From Scenedesmus sp. PABB004 (lineage: Eukaryota): a DNA stretch of 64,000 nt. The notes beneath the pieces are model-generated. The model did no database searches. It was given only the letters and a program-made list of their open reading frames with translations, and was not told where the DNA came from. The position numbers and the translations under genes were made by a program. Location: positions 1-64,000 of the forward strand of contig JABVCE010000038.1 of NCBI GenBank assembly GCA_014905635.1, read 5' to 3'. Of the stretch, positions 22,407 through 35,052 are shown piece by piece. Within the stretch, counting starts at the first letter, position 1, and every line of letters begins with the position of its first letter.

Positions 22407-24878
22407 ATGGTCTGCGACGCCCACCCGCTGTGGCTGGCGCACAGTCGCCTGCGGCGGCGCCGCTTCGACGACGCCGCGGCGCTCTGCGGCGACGCGCTGC
22501 GCGCCAACCCGCTCGACCAGGCGCGGCGCGGCGCGGGCGCGACGCGGCCCGCGCTTTGCCGCGCCCCCCGTTCGTCGTCATCGCCTCCCCACCACGCAGG
22601 TGGCGTGGTACCTCAAGGTCCGGGCGCTCACGCTGCAGGCGTGGGTGGACGACACGGAGGAGGAGGAGGCGGGCCTCGCGGACGCGCTGCTCGACGAGCA
22701 TGCCGTCGCGACCGTGGCGCGGCCGGGCACCTCGCTCGCGCGGCCCGCCACGGGCGCGCAGGGCGGCGGCGGCGGCGGCCTCGCGCGGGCGATGCGTCCC
22801 TCGAGCGCGGCCGGCCGCCCGCTCACCGGCTTTGCGCGCCCCGGCAGCGCCGCGCCGCGGCCGGGGAGCGGCGCGCCCGGCGCCAAGCCCGGCACCGCGC
22901 TCGCGGCGGCGCTGCGCGGCGGCGCGCGGCCGGGCACGGGCGCCGGCCGGCCGCTCACGTCGTCGGGCAGGCGCGCGCGGCGGGCAGGCGCGCCGCGCCG
23001 CGCCGCGCCGCGCCGCGCCGGCGCCCGCGAGCCCGCGGCGGCGCGCCGCCCCGCGCCGCAGGTTTGTGCGGCTGGGCACCGCATCGCTCGCGGCCGCGTG
23101 CGGCGGCGGCGGCGCCGCCGCGCCGTTCATCGACGCGGCGCGGCTCGACATGGCCAAGTATGGCGGCCGCCCGGCGCTGGCGCGCGTGCTGTGGGACTAC
23201 GTGTATTACGTGGTGCGCCGCGGCGGCGCCCGCCGCGGGCAGGACCACCAGCCAGGGCGCGCGCGCGAGCGCAGTGTGCTGCTGGCTGCGGGGCCCGCCA
23301 CCGCGCGCGCGGCCGCCGCCGCCGCGGACAGGACCACAACATGCGCAAGGCACTGGAGCTGGCCGCCGCCGCCACGGCCGCGGCGGGCTTTGGCGACTGG
23401 TGGTGGAAGGACCGGCTGGGGCGCGCCTACGCGCAGCTGGGGCTGCTGCGCGACGCGGAGAAGCAGCTGGCGAGCGCCGCCAAGACCCAGGTGGCTGCGT
23501 CGCGGTGCGCGGCGGGGCGCCGGCGGCCGCTACGCGGCGGCGCGGCTGACGCGCCCGCGCCGCGTGCGCCCCGGCCAGGACATGGTGGCGGTGGTGCACC
23601 AGCGCGCCAAGGTGTCGCTGCGCCTGGACCAGCCACTGGCCGCGCTCGCGCTGTTTGAGGAGGCAGGTGGGCGGGCCACGCGAGCGCACCGCGCTGCCTG
23701 CCGCGCACGCGCGGCGCGCCCCTCACGCGCCTGCCGCCGCCCGCCCCCAGCCGCGCGGCACCCGGGGGACGTGAGCCTGGTGCTCGGCCAGGTTCGCGTG
23801 CAGGAGGCGCTCGGCCGCCGCGACGAGGCGCGCGAGCTGTATGAGCAGGTGCGGCCCGCCGGCGCGGCGGCGCGCCGGCGCATGCGTGCGTGGTGGCTCT
23901 GCGCGGTGAGCGCGCGCGCCGCCTGCGCCTGCCGCCCGCATGTGCGCCACGCCGCCCGCCGGCGCCCCGCCGCGCAGGTGCTGCGCCTGGACGCGAGCAA
24001 CGTGGAGGCGATCGCCTGCCTCGCGGCGGAGCACTTTTACAGCGACCAGCCTGAGCTGGCTCTGCGCTACTACCGCCGCCTGCTGCAGGCGCGCCCCGCG
24101 CCGCGCCGCGCCGCGCCGCGCCCGGCCGGCGTGGGGCGCGCGCCGGCTGAGCCCGCCCATCACGCCCGCCGTCACTGCTGCGGCTGCCGGCCGGCCCCGC
24201 ACCCGCGCCCGCGCCCGCGCAGATGGGCGTCGTGAGCGCGGAGGTGTGGACCAACCTGGGGCTGAGCTGCTTCTATGCTGGGCAGTACGACCTAGTCGGC
24301 ACCTGCCTCGAGCGTGGGCTCGCGCTCGCGGACGACGGCATGGCGCCGGGCGTGTGGTACAACGTCGGCCAGGTCGCGCTCGGCATCGGCGACCTCGCCT
24401 GGGCGGAGCAGTGCTTCCGCGTAGCCGCCGCGCTGCAGCCGGGGCACGGCGAGGCGCTGAACAACCTGGCCGTGCTCGCCATGCGCCGCGGGCGCGCGCC
24501 GCAGGTGCCGCGGGCCGCGCCGCCACGCACGGCGCCGCGCCCTGCCACCGTCGGCCCACGCGCCGCGCGCCGCGCGCCGCGCGCCGCGCGCCGCGCGCGC
24601 AGGCGGCCGCGCACCTGCACGCGGGCGCCAAGGCGGCACCGCACGTCTACGAGCTGCGCTACAACGCGGCCCTGCTGGCGCACCGGCAGGGCGACCTGCA
24701 GGAAGCGCTGGAGCAGGTGCGCGGGATCGGACGCGAGCAGCAGCGCGCCCCTCGTGCGCGTGAGCTCACGGTCACGCGTGCATTCGCGCAGGTTGACCAG
24801 GCGCTGCAGCTCTTCCCCGACCACGCCGACAGCCTGGAGCTGAAGCGGCAGCTGCGGGCCCAGCTCACAGCGCTGTGA
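22407..24878 (+). CDS. BBS8: BBSome subunit BBS8 / tetratricopeptide repeat protein 8, ~12 exons
   Basis: NPLDQ|VAWYLKVRALT; VARPGTSL; GRPLTGFARP; LTSSGR|FVRLGTASL; DWWWKDRLGRAY; SNVEAIACLAAEHFYSDQPELALRYYRRLLQ|MGV; WTNLGLSCFYAGQYD; VWYNVGQVALGIGD; FPDHADS. Confidence 0.96.
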
Positions 24879-25188
24879 GCCGCGCGGCGCGCTGTGCGCG
24901 TCGGGGCGACGCGCTCGGACACGCGACGGCCGCGGCGGCCGCCTGGGCGATACTGCCGGCGGCCGGCCGCGACGGCAGTGCTGGCATGACGAGTGCGTCG
25001 ACGGACGCGCGTACGGGACCGCCCCGCGATCGGGCGAGCCCGGCGCTGCTGTGCCCTGGCCGTTGGCGCCTGCCGTGGTCATCGACCACTTCCTCCGCTC
25101 AGCCGCAGCAGCTCACACCGTCCCGCCACGCTCCTGAACGGGCTCAGCTGGTGTCCACGCGCAGCGGGCGCGCACACCAGCGGCCAAC

Positions 25189-27972
25189 ATGGCCGGAAAG
25201 CACGTCCTGCTGGCCCTGCTGGCCGGCGCCATCGCTGGTGAGGCCCGCCAGGCTGCTGCCAGCACGCTGGCGAGCGCCGCGGGGCGCTCGGGCGGCTCAG
25301 CAGGCCGGGAGCGCGCTGCCATCACCCAGCGGCAGCTGGCGGGCTTGCCGGTGTGCGCGTGCCCCTGGCCACGCCCTGGCCACGGCGCTCACTCGACCGC
25401 CGCCCGCCTTCGTCTCGCAGTGAATGGCGCCGCCGCGGCGTCGGTGCAGGTGGGTCGGCCGGCGAGACGGTTGCGGCCCGCGGGCCGCGGTCGGCGCCGC
25501 GCCTCGGCCGCCCGGTCGCCCATTGGCGGTCTCGGAGCGGCCTGTCATCGAAGCGCGGGGCCGACAAGCCCGCGCGGGCCGGCAGCGCCGGCAGGGCGGG
25601 CAGCAGATCGACTCGCGGGTGACGCCGGTCGCCCCGCGGCGCTCACCCGCCCGCGCGCCTCGTCCGCCCCGTCCGCAGGCCGGCCGCGGGCTGCAGCAGG
25701 TGGACCCCTTTGCCACCTTCCTCGACGAGGCGCCGCCGCCCGGCGCGGCGCGGCCCGGCGACGCGCCGGCGGTGAGCACGAGCGGCGTGCCCGCCGCGTC
25801 CAACAGCGCCACCACGGTGCCGGTGCTGGGCAGCCCCTACGGCAACTACGCGGCGCAGCAGCAGGCGGCGGCGTACCAGCAGCAGCAGGCGGCGTACGCG
25901 CAGCAGGTCGCGGCGTACCAGCAGCAGCTCGCGGCGCAGCAGGCCGCGCAGCAGCAGGCCGCCGCGGCGGCGGCAGCGCCCGCGTACGCCCCCGCCGTCG
26001 CGCCGGTGGCCGCCGAGGCACCCATACCGGTCTACTCGGCGCCCGCGCCCGCGCCCGTGACCGCGCCCGCGCCGGTGCCCCGGCCGGTGCCCCTGCCCGC
26101 GCCCGTCCTCGCGCCGGAGCCGGAGCCCGCGCCGGCGCCGGAGCCGGAGCCCGCCCCGGCGCCCAAGCCCGTGCCCAAGCCGGTGCCCGTGCCGTCGCCG
26201 CCGCCGCCGCCGCCGCCGTCTCCCCCGTCGCCCCCTCCCCCGAAGTGAGCGCCGCGCAGCGCGCAGCGCGCCGCGCGGGCGCCCGCCAGCGCGCGGCCGC
26301 CGCCCGTTGACGCTCACCGCCCGCTGACGCTCGCCGCCCGCCGCCGCCCGCCGCCGCCCGCCCCGCCCCCGCGTGCAGCCCGCCGCCGCCGAACCCGAGC
26401 CCGCCGCCGCCCAACCCGCCGCCGCCGTACCCGCCGGGCATGATCCGGCGCGCGGAGCTGACCAACCAGATCCCCGCCAACGCGACGGCGCTGCGCACGA
26501 CCAAGATCCTGCTGCCCGAGGGCGCGTCCAAGGACTTCACCTTTGCCTGGGTCTGCGACGCCAAGGGCGGCCTCTACCTGAGCGTCAACCGGGAGCACAT
26601 GATCTCCTGCGGCACCGGCACGATCGACCTCGCCGCCACGCTCAAAATCAAGGGCGCCAAGCCGGTGCGCGCGCCCTTGACCGCCGCCGGCCCGCGCGGG
26701 CGCGCGCGCACGGCGCGGGCGCTGAGACGCGCCGCCGCCGCCGCCGGCGCCGCCGCTGCGGCCGCAGATCACGTGCCCCGACACCGCCAAGGCCTGCCCC
26801 GGCAACACCGCGGTCACGATCTTTGCCAAGTTTGCCAACACGGCGGAGCAGTTTGAGGCCAAGCAGGCCGCGTACACTGCGGGCATCGCCAAGGCGGCCT
26901 CCGTGTCGCCGCTGCAGGTGGTGGTGACGAGCGTAAAGCTGCTCTACACGCCCAAGCCGGTCGAGCCGGAGCCGGAGCCCCTCGCCGACGAGCCCGCCGC
27001 GCCGGAGCCCCTCGCCGCGCCCGCCAAGCCCCTCGCCGAGGAGGAGCCGGTGGTGCTGCTGCCCGCCGGCAAGCCCGCCGCGGCGGCGGCCGTGCCCGCG
27101 GCGCCGGCGGCCAACGCGACCAAGCCCGCGGCCGCCAAGCCCGAGGCCGCGCCCAAGCCCGCCGCCGCGCCCAAGCGCCTGCGCAAGCTGCTGCGCGCTC
27201 TGCTGCAGGCCAAGCCCGCGGCGAAGGAGCCCGCGCCCGAGGGCCCCATCGGCGGCACCATCCCCGCCGACCTGCTCGACGAGCCTGCAGCGCCCGCGGC
27301 GCCCGCCAAGCCCGCCGCCGCCGCCGCCGCCCCGGCGGAGCCCAAGCCCGCGGCGGAGGCCGTGCCCACGGCCGAGCCCGCGGCGGCGGGCCCCGCGGCC
27401 GAGCCCGCGGCGCCGGCCGAGCCCGAGGCGCCGTCGCTCGACGCCGCGGCGACGGTCGAGGAGCTGCCGGGCGGGCCGAAGCCGATGATCGAGGTCATGA
27501 CCAGCATCCAGCCCCTCACCGACAAGGAGGCCGAGACCGTGCTGGGCACGACGGGCAGCCCCTTCTTCCTCTCCACCTTCAAGTCCACGCTCGCGGCGAC
27601 CAACCTCACGCTCACCGAGGACATCGTCACCAAGATCGCGGAGCCCGCCAAGGAGTTTGTCTGGCCCGAGCCCGAGCCCGTCGTGGGGACGAACAAGAGT
27701 GAGCCGCGCGCAGCGTCGGCGCGCGCGCGCGCGCGCGCGCGGCCGCCCCCGAGCCCGCCGGCTCGCCCGCGCCCCGCGCTCACGCGCCGCCCCCGCCGCC
27801 CGCCTGCGCAGCGCGGCTGCCGCTGCCGCTCGACATCATCCCGCTGCCGGAGGACAACACCACCGCCGTGCCCGTCGCCACGGAGCCGGTCAAGTCGGCC
27901 GGCGGCGCCGCCGCCGCCGGCGCGCTCGCCACGCTCGCCTCGGCGCTGCTCGCCGCCGCGCTCGTGCTGTGA
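25189..27972 (+). CDS. Secreted Pro/Ala-rich (HRGP-like) surface protein, probable GPI anchor
   Basis: Signal peptide MAGKHVLLALLAGAIA; PSPPPPPPPSPPSPPPP tract; Cys-containing globular region; C-terminal small residues plus hydrophobic tail KSAGGAAAAGALATLASALLAAALVL-stop. Confidence 0.8.
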
Positions 27973-28261
27973 GCGGGGCTGTGGCCGAAACCGGACAACA
28001 AGACGTGCGCCGCGCCGCGCCGGACCGCGCGGCGCGGCGCCCAGGCCGCGCGGCGCCGCGTTGGGCGCACGCTGGCTGGCTGTTTGGGGGGGCCCGTGAT
28101 CGGGGAGAGTGAGACCTGAACGGCTGTTGCTCGTGTGCTGGGCTTGCTCGCCGTCGGTGCCTGTCGCTGGCGCGTGATTCAACTGCATTAGAACAACCCA
28201 TCCAGTTGGCGGAGTTGGTCGGCCGGGCGGCGCGTCCGCACGCCACGTAACCGCCAGACCC

Positions 28262-31200
28262 TCACCGCGCGGCTGTGCACGAGGCGCGCGGCGCCGCGGG
28301 CAGCCCCTGCGCAGCCGCGCACTCGGCCAGCAGCGCCTGCAGCGCCTCGCCGCTCAGGCGCTCCGGCAGCTCACTCGTGCGCAGCGCGCGCAGCCGCGCG
28401 TCCACGTCGCGCTCCCTGCGACGGTGGCGGCGGCGGGTCGGCCCAGCCGTCGCACGCACAGCCGCGCGGCGCGACGGCCTCGCAGGCAGCCAGCGCGCCC
28501 GCGTGCGCCCCGCGCACCTCTGCGCCAGCTCCCGCGCCTCGCGCGCCTCCCGCACATAGTCCCGTGGCGCCTGCGGCGCGGGCTCCCGCGGCGCGCCACT
28601 GCCGCCGCGCTGGTCGCCGCCGCCCCCCGAGGCGCTGCTCATGCGGCTCGTGCGGCGCGCGGGGCTCACCGGCGCGGCCGAGCGCCGGTCGCTGGCCAGG
28701 CTCCTGCTGCTGGGCTTGCTGCTGAGCGTGGCCGGGGTCGCGATGCCGGCCTGGTCGCGCTGCTGCCCCGCGCCCATCGCCGCCAGCAGGGCGTCAATGT
28801 CCGCGACCGTGCGGCGCCGCGCCGACCCGGCGCTCGCGCCGCTGCGCGCGCTGCCGGCCGTGCTGGGCCGGCGGCAGCCCGCCTGCGTCGCGTCGCCCTC
28901 GGGCGCCGCCCCGCCAGCGGTGCTGTTCCGGCAGCAGGGTGCCTGCGCCGGCGTCGCGGCCTCGCCGCCGCCGAGCCCATCCGCTCGCTGCTCCTGCGCC
29001 TCCTCGTCCTCTGGCAGGCACGCTGCCGAGGCGTCAAAGGGATCCTCCGCGGCCAGCGTAGCGTCGTCGCGGCGCAGCACCGCCGCCAGCAGCGCCTCGT
29101 CCGCGGGTGCCAGGCGGTAGTGGCTGCCACCCCTGGCCGGCGGCGGCGGCGGTGTGCGCGCGGGTTTGAGGCGAGGCAGGGAGACAGCGCGGACGCCAGT
29201 GGCGCCGCAGTGTGTGCCGTGGCGCTGCCCTCACCTGCTGGGTCCGCTGCCGGCGCCTGCAGCGCCGTCTCCGGCCTCGTCGAGCTTGGCGAGCGCACGC
29301 AGCAGACGCGCCGCGTGCAGGCGGCGGCCGCGCTCGCGCTCCAGCGCCGCGTCCAGCTGCGCGGCGCGGCGCGCCAGGCGGCGCGCCTCCGCCTCGGCCC
29401 ACTGCTCGGGGCCGGCGCCGCGCGCCGCGACGAGCGCCTGGGGTGTGGCGGTGCGGCCCTGGTCAGACCGCGCACGCCAGCCAGGGCCCTGACAAGTCCC
29501 TCTCCCCTGACAACCACCCACCTTGAGCCAAGCCTCCCTGAGCTGCTCGTCCAGCTGCCGGATCACCTCCAGCCCGGCAGCCAGGCGCTGGTCGTCGCCG
29601 GGCCCCGCTGCCAGCTGCGCCACTGGCAGCTCCGCGTACCTGCGGCACCCGCGGCGCCGGCACGGGCGCCGTGAGCGGCCGCACGCCGGCCGCGGCAGCC
29701 CGCGCACACCACGCCGGCCGCACCGGTGCGGGCCCTCCCAGCCATCCAGGGCGCGGTACTCGGAGCGCCGTGCGCGCAGCATGCGCTCAACCTGCGCAGC
29801 GCGCGGCGGTCGGCGGATGCGGTCGGCGGACGGCGGACGGCGGGCAGAGCTGGCAGGCTCTGCCCCGAGCGCTGCGCCGCAGCAGTCCCCTCGCTCGCTT
29901 GCCGTGAGCGCAAAGTCGGCGGGCAGCTCCACGAGCGCCTCGCCCGCCTCGTCAGCCTTGGCCGTCAGGTCCGCCACAAACGTGCTCAGCTCCGCCTCCA
30001 GCGCGCCGCGCTTCGCCAGCATCGCCTCCACCTGCGCCATGCAGTCGCTGTCGGGGGCCGCGGGCTCGCCGCCCTGCTCGTCTGCCGCTGGGGCCTGGTG
30101 CTCCTGCTCGTGCGATGCTCCGCGCTCGTGCTGCGTGGCGTCTTGCTGCCGCGGCACCGCTGCGTCGCGCGAGCTGCCCTGGCTGACCAGGCTGCCAGCG
30201 CGCGACGGCTCGGCGGCAGGCTGCGCCTTGTCAGCAGCGGCCACTGCCGCCGCGTCGGGCACAGGCGCCGCGGCGCCCTGCGCGGCGGTCCCAGCTGGAG
30301 CCGCTGCCAGGCCGCCGTGAGCCAGCAGCGGGCGCCCTTCTGCACCGAGGTCCCCCCAGCACCCCTGCTGCAGGCCGGTGCGTGGAGAGGGCTGGGAGCA
30401 GTACAGGCCTTCGATCACCTGCCGCAGCGACGCGCTGGGCGGCAGCCCGCCGCCATTGCCGGGGCCGCCCTGCGCGCGGCGGCCAGCGCGGCAGTCGGCC
30501 CGGCGGCTGCGTCGGCACGCGGGCCGGGCGCCGGCCCTCGCCGCCAAGCCCCACCCATCTCACCGCAAAGCTGGACTCGGCGCTCGCCGTGCTCGCGGGG
30601 GCGCAGCTGCACTCGCTGCCCAGGCCGGCCGCGGCGTCGCCGCGGTCCGAGGCGCTCGCTGAGAAGAAAGCTGAGCTGCCGGGGCTGAGCATCGGGTTGG
30701 CCCGCGAGTCCCCGTCAGACAGCAGGCCCTGCGTCGGGCGTGCCGGCGGGAGCGGGGCGCGCGCGCGCGCCTGTCGGCCGCCGGCCAGGACGGCGCGCCG
30801 CTTCACCGCCGGGGCGCGCGCCAGGGTCAGCGCACCTCGTCGCCGCCGGCATCCAGCATCTCGCTGTCCAGCCCGAGCAGCGACGGCTCGCGCCGCAGGG
30901 CGGTGAGGAAGGTGTCGCCCTCGAGCTGCCGGCCTGGAGCACGCGGGCGCGCGGCCGCGGGGCGGTGAGCGCGCGCGCCGCGAGCGGGCTCCCCGCCGCG
31001 GCGGCGGGCGCGCACGGCGCACCCGAGGCCACCGAAGCCTGCGACGCCTGCGCGCTGATGGCGCTGGCGCCGCCGAAGAGCACCAACGAGTCGTCATCTG
31101 GCAGGGCGCCGGGCGCCTGCGCCGCGCGGCGCGGGCGTGGCGGGTGGAGGCGCGCCCGGCTGGCTCGCTCCGCGGCGGCCTGGCCTGGCCGCGCAAGCGC

Positions 31201-31358
31201 ACCTGGACGCTGGCACGGTGGTGCGCGCTGCTGCCGGCCCTGCGCGCGGCACGCGCAGCGCGCGGGTGAGGGCGCGCCGCAGCCGTGGCCGGAGTCCGGC
31301 GGCCAGCACACCTGCTGCGCGGCGGCGCGCCGCCCACGGGCGTCTTGACCCGGGGCAT
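28262..31358 (-). CDS. Coiled-coil protein resembling fibrous sheath-interacting protein 1 (FSIP1), ~12 exons
   Basis: DDQRLAAGLEVIRQLDEQL and RDYVREAREARELAQR|ERDVDARLRALR...LSGEALQALLAEC occur in the same order as recalled FSIP1 blocks. The gene is well supported by splice sites; the FSIP1 assignment is tentative. Confidence 0.6.
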
Positions 31359-31866
31359 GCCTGCAGGTGGGGTCGGTGGGGTGTGTCGGGTGTGGTTGGT
31401 GGTGCCGGGGCGGAGGCGGGCGTTCGCGCACGGCCCGCGCGCGCACCCGCTGCTGCACCGCCGCCGGCCGGCTGCTGCGAGCTGCGGCGTGGGGCGGGGC
31501 GGATGTGTCAGGGCTGGGCCGGACGCGGAGCGCCTGGGAGGCGCCCTGCAACGCGCCTGGGCGCCGGCGTGGGCGAGGTCAGCGCTGCAGCGCGAGCGGC
31601 GCCGCCGTTTGACGCGCGAGCCGCGCCCGGCGGCGGCGGCGACGAGGGTGCCATCGCGAAGGTGACGGATGTGTCGGGGCGAGCACAGCGAGCAGCCGGC
31701 GTCGTGTCCGCCGCCGCGCAAAAGCGCCAAACCGCACGCGCCGCTCCGTGCCCTTCCTGTGCAGCTGCGCTGCGCGCCACATTGCTACCGGACGTCTCAC
31801 CACCCTGCACGCACGCGTAGCGCCCACACCGCCCACAGCGCGCCCGCGCCCGTCCGCGGCCGCGAA

Positions 31867-34854
31867 ATGGCCACGCCGCCCGCGGCGGCTGCGGCGGAGC
31901 TCCTGGGCTGGCTGGACGCCACCGGCGAGGAGGCGGTTATGGCGCACGTGGCCGCGGCGCTGGCGGCGGGCGGCGAGTGCGGCGCCGGCGGCGGCGCTGC
32001 TGCGCCAGCTGTGCTGCTGCCGCTCGGGGTGGACGCGACGGCGCTCATGGCGGACGCCCCGGCGCTGGCGATGGCGCTGCTCGCGGACGCCGGCGGGGAG
32101 CTGAGCGCGGCGGCGGAGCGGCTCATCAACGAGCAGCTCGCGAGCACCACGAACGAACGCGCGCCGCCGGCGGCGGCCGACGGCCAGCTCGACGCCGATG
32201 GCCACGGCCCCGAGGACGACGACCGGCCGCAGCGGCCCAGCATCCGGCTCCTGCTCAAGCTCACGCAGGCGCGCGCGGTGCAGCGCAGGGGCGCCGGGCG
32301 CGCGCGCGGGTATGCTTGCGCCCGCCGCCGACGGCCGGCCGCGCGCCCGCCGCCCGCCCGCCGCGCGCGTCCGCCCGCAGCCGCCGCTGCCGCTGTCAAC
32401 GCCCGTGCAGGTGCAGCAGCTGGTGTCGGCCGGCCGCGGGCGGGCCGCGGCGCTGGTGTCGGTGCTGGGCGTCGTGACCGGCGTCGCGCCGCCCGGCGAG
32501 CGCGCGCACTCTGCGCGCTACGCCTGCCCAGCGTGCAGCGGTGCCGCGCAGCTGCTCGGGGGGCAGCACTCGCTGCCCTGCTGCGGCATCGCCGTGGTCG
32601 CCCCCGGCGTGGTGGAGGACCTCTCTGGCCGCGTCATGGTGCCGGCGCAGGCGCTGTGGGTGGGCGAGCTCTCCAGCGCGACCGGCGCGCCGCGCGGCTA
32701 CGGGACCTCGTGCCCACCGCTGCTGGTGCAGCTGCCCGAGGACGCGGTCGGCACATGCCAGCTCGGCGCGGCGGTGCACGTGCTCGGCACCGCCGCCGCG
32801 GTGCTGGCAAGCGGCAACGGCTGCAGCATCCAGGCGCGCCGCGCGTGCGCGGGTGGCGCGGCGCGCGCAGCGGCGCGGCTGGCCGCCGCCCGGCAGTGGC
32901 CGAGCCGCCGCCCGCGCAGGTGCGCGCCAACAGCGTCCAGGCCCTGCAGCCGCACCCGCTGCTCTGGGCACTGCCGCGCGCCTGTGCGCCCAGCCTGGCT
33001 GGCGACCCCGCGCCCCTGGACACGCTGTGGCGGCTGCTCGGCGTCGCACTGGGCCGCGTGCAGCCGCTCGACCCGCACCTTGCACTGGCGCTGCTGCTCA
33101 GCGCCGCGAGCGTGGGTGGCGGCGGCAGCGGCGGCGGCGGCGGCGGCGCTGGCTGGCAGAGCGAGCGCGGCGCGGCGGAGCAGGTGTGCGGCGCGAGCGC
33201 CGCGCGCCAGCGCCGCCGCCGCAGGTCGCGTGCCGGCCGCACTTGTCGACCGCGCCTCGCCCCTGGCCACCCCGCAGGTCAGCCTGCTGGTGCTGCATGA
33301 CGCGCACACGCCCTGCACCGCGCGGCTGCTGCGCGAGGCGGCGGCGCTGCTGAGCCCGCAGTCGGTCGCGATGCCGGTGCGGCACGCGGAGCACGTCACC
33401 CCGATCCTGGGCGGCGGCAACGTGGCCGACGCTGGCGGGGCGCCCGTGTTCGCCTCGACCCTGCACCTCGCCAACGCCGGTGCGCGCAGCGCTGCGCCAG
33501 CGCTCAGCTGCCTGGCTCGCGCGCGCCAGCGCCTCTGCGCGGGATGCGCTGAGTGCGCCGCCCTGCCCCCGGCCTCCTGCCCACGTCGCGCCCCAGGCGT
33601 CGCGGTCGCCGACCTGCCCACCATGCCCACCAAGGCGCGGCAGCAGCTGCTCACGGCGGCAGCGCAGCGCGCCACGCCGCTGCCGCGCGGGCTGGCGCCC
33701 GGCGCGCTGCCGCTGCCGCTGACGGCCACGGTGTGGGCCTGCACCGGCTGGGACGAGGTCTGCCCCGGCGGCGCCGCCGGCGGCGCCAAGGGCGGCGGCC
33801 GCGCGGCGGCGGTCGCGCTGCAGGCATTCCAGGCCTTTGATCTCTGCCTCGGCGACGGCACCGCACACGAGGGTGCGCAGAGCCCGTTGCAGGGAGCGGC
33901 GGCGGACGCGCAGCGCTCGTCGAGCGCGCGCCGACGCCGCGCTGCGCCGCCCTGCCTGGCCGCGCAGACGAGCTGTTCTGGGAGATGGAGCTGCAGCGGC
34001 CGCACGAGCAGCAGCGCGACGCGGCGGCCGCGCTGCGCCACCTGCTCGCGGTGGCGGTCGCCGCGCCGCGCCCCGTGCTGGGCGAGGCGGCGCAGGCGTT
34101 CCTGGGTGCGCGGCGGCGAGTGGGGGCTGCTGCGCTGGCCGCGCCACGGCCGCCAGCGGCCAGGGCTCACGCGCCGCCGCCGCTCGGGTGCAGGGCAGTA
34201 CTTCCTGGTCGTCCGCCAGTCGCTGGCCAGCACGAGCAAGGTGCGGCGGCGCCCCAGCGAGCGCGGCGCGGCCGGCGCGCTGCGCGTCCCGCGGCCTGCA
34301 CGTTCCGCGCTCTGCCCACAGGCGCCGCCCCTGGCGCTGCACGCGCGCAGGTGTCCAAGCCCGCGCTGCTGTCCAGCCTGGTGCGCGTCGCGGGCGGGCT
34401 CGCGCGCCTCGCGGGCCGCTCCGAGGTGCTGGAGTGCCCCGACGCTGCGCTCGCGGTGCTGCTGATGGAGCAGTCGCTGGCCAACAAGGTGCGCGCAGCA
34501 CGCGCACACGCGCGTGCTCGCGGCACCGGCGAGCCCCGTCGCGCGCAGCCTGAGCTGCTGCCGCCGCTCGCGCCACACTGTACTGTGCTGCCGCTCACGC
34601 CGCAGCTGGGCGACGCCTACCAGCCGCTCCTGGACCTGCCGGCCGACCTCAACCCCGCGCAGGGCCGCAACCTGGACGCGCAGCTGGACCTGCTGGCCGG
34701 CATCATGGCCCGCACCTTCCGGCAGTGCTGCGGCGACGACGAGCAACACGCGCTGGACGGCGGCGGCGGCGGCTGGGCGGACGGCGACGACGGCGACTCG
34801 GGCTGCGGCGGCGGGCTCGGCGGCTGCGACGACGGCAGCGGCTGTGACGAGTGA
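31867..34854 (+). CDS. MCMDC2: MCM domain-containing protein 2 (ATPase-degenerate MCM paralogue), ~9 exons
   Basis: WLDATG; IRLLLKLTQ|PPLP; SARYACPAC..CC Zn-finger; VEDLSGRV; VRANSV; no GDPxxxKS Walker A; LHLANA|GVAVAD; LSSLVRVAGGLARL...DAALAVLLMEQSL. Confidence 0.75.
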
Positions 34855-35052
34855 GCGGCGCGAGCAGACGGGCCGGCGCTCGGTGACACGGCGAGCTGCT
34901 GCGCCTCAACTCCAGGACCCTGGCCGCGCGCGCCTCCTCAACTCGCCGCGCGGCCGCGCACCCCGCGCGCCGCCACGAGCCCCCGCCGCAGCAGCTCCTG
35001 GCCCCTCCAGCAGCTGCGGGCAGCGCTGCCGCCGCCCCAGCTGCGTGGCGGC

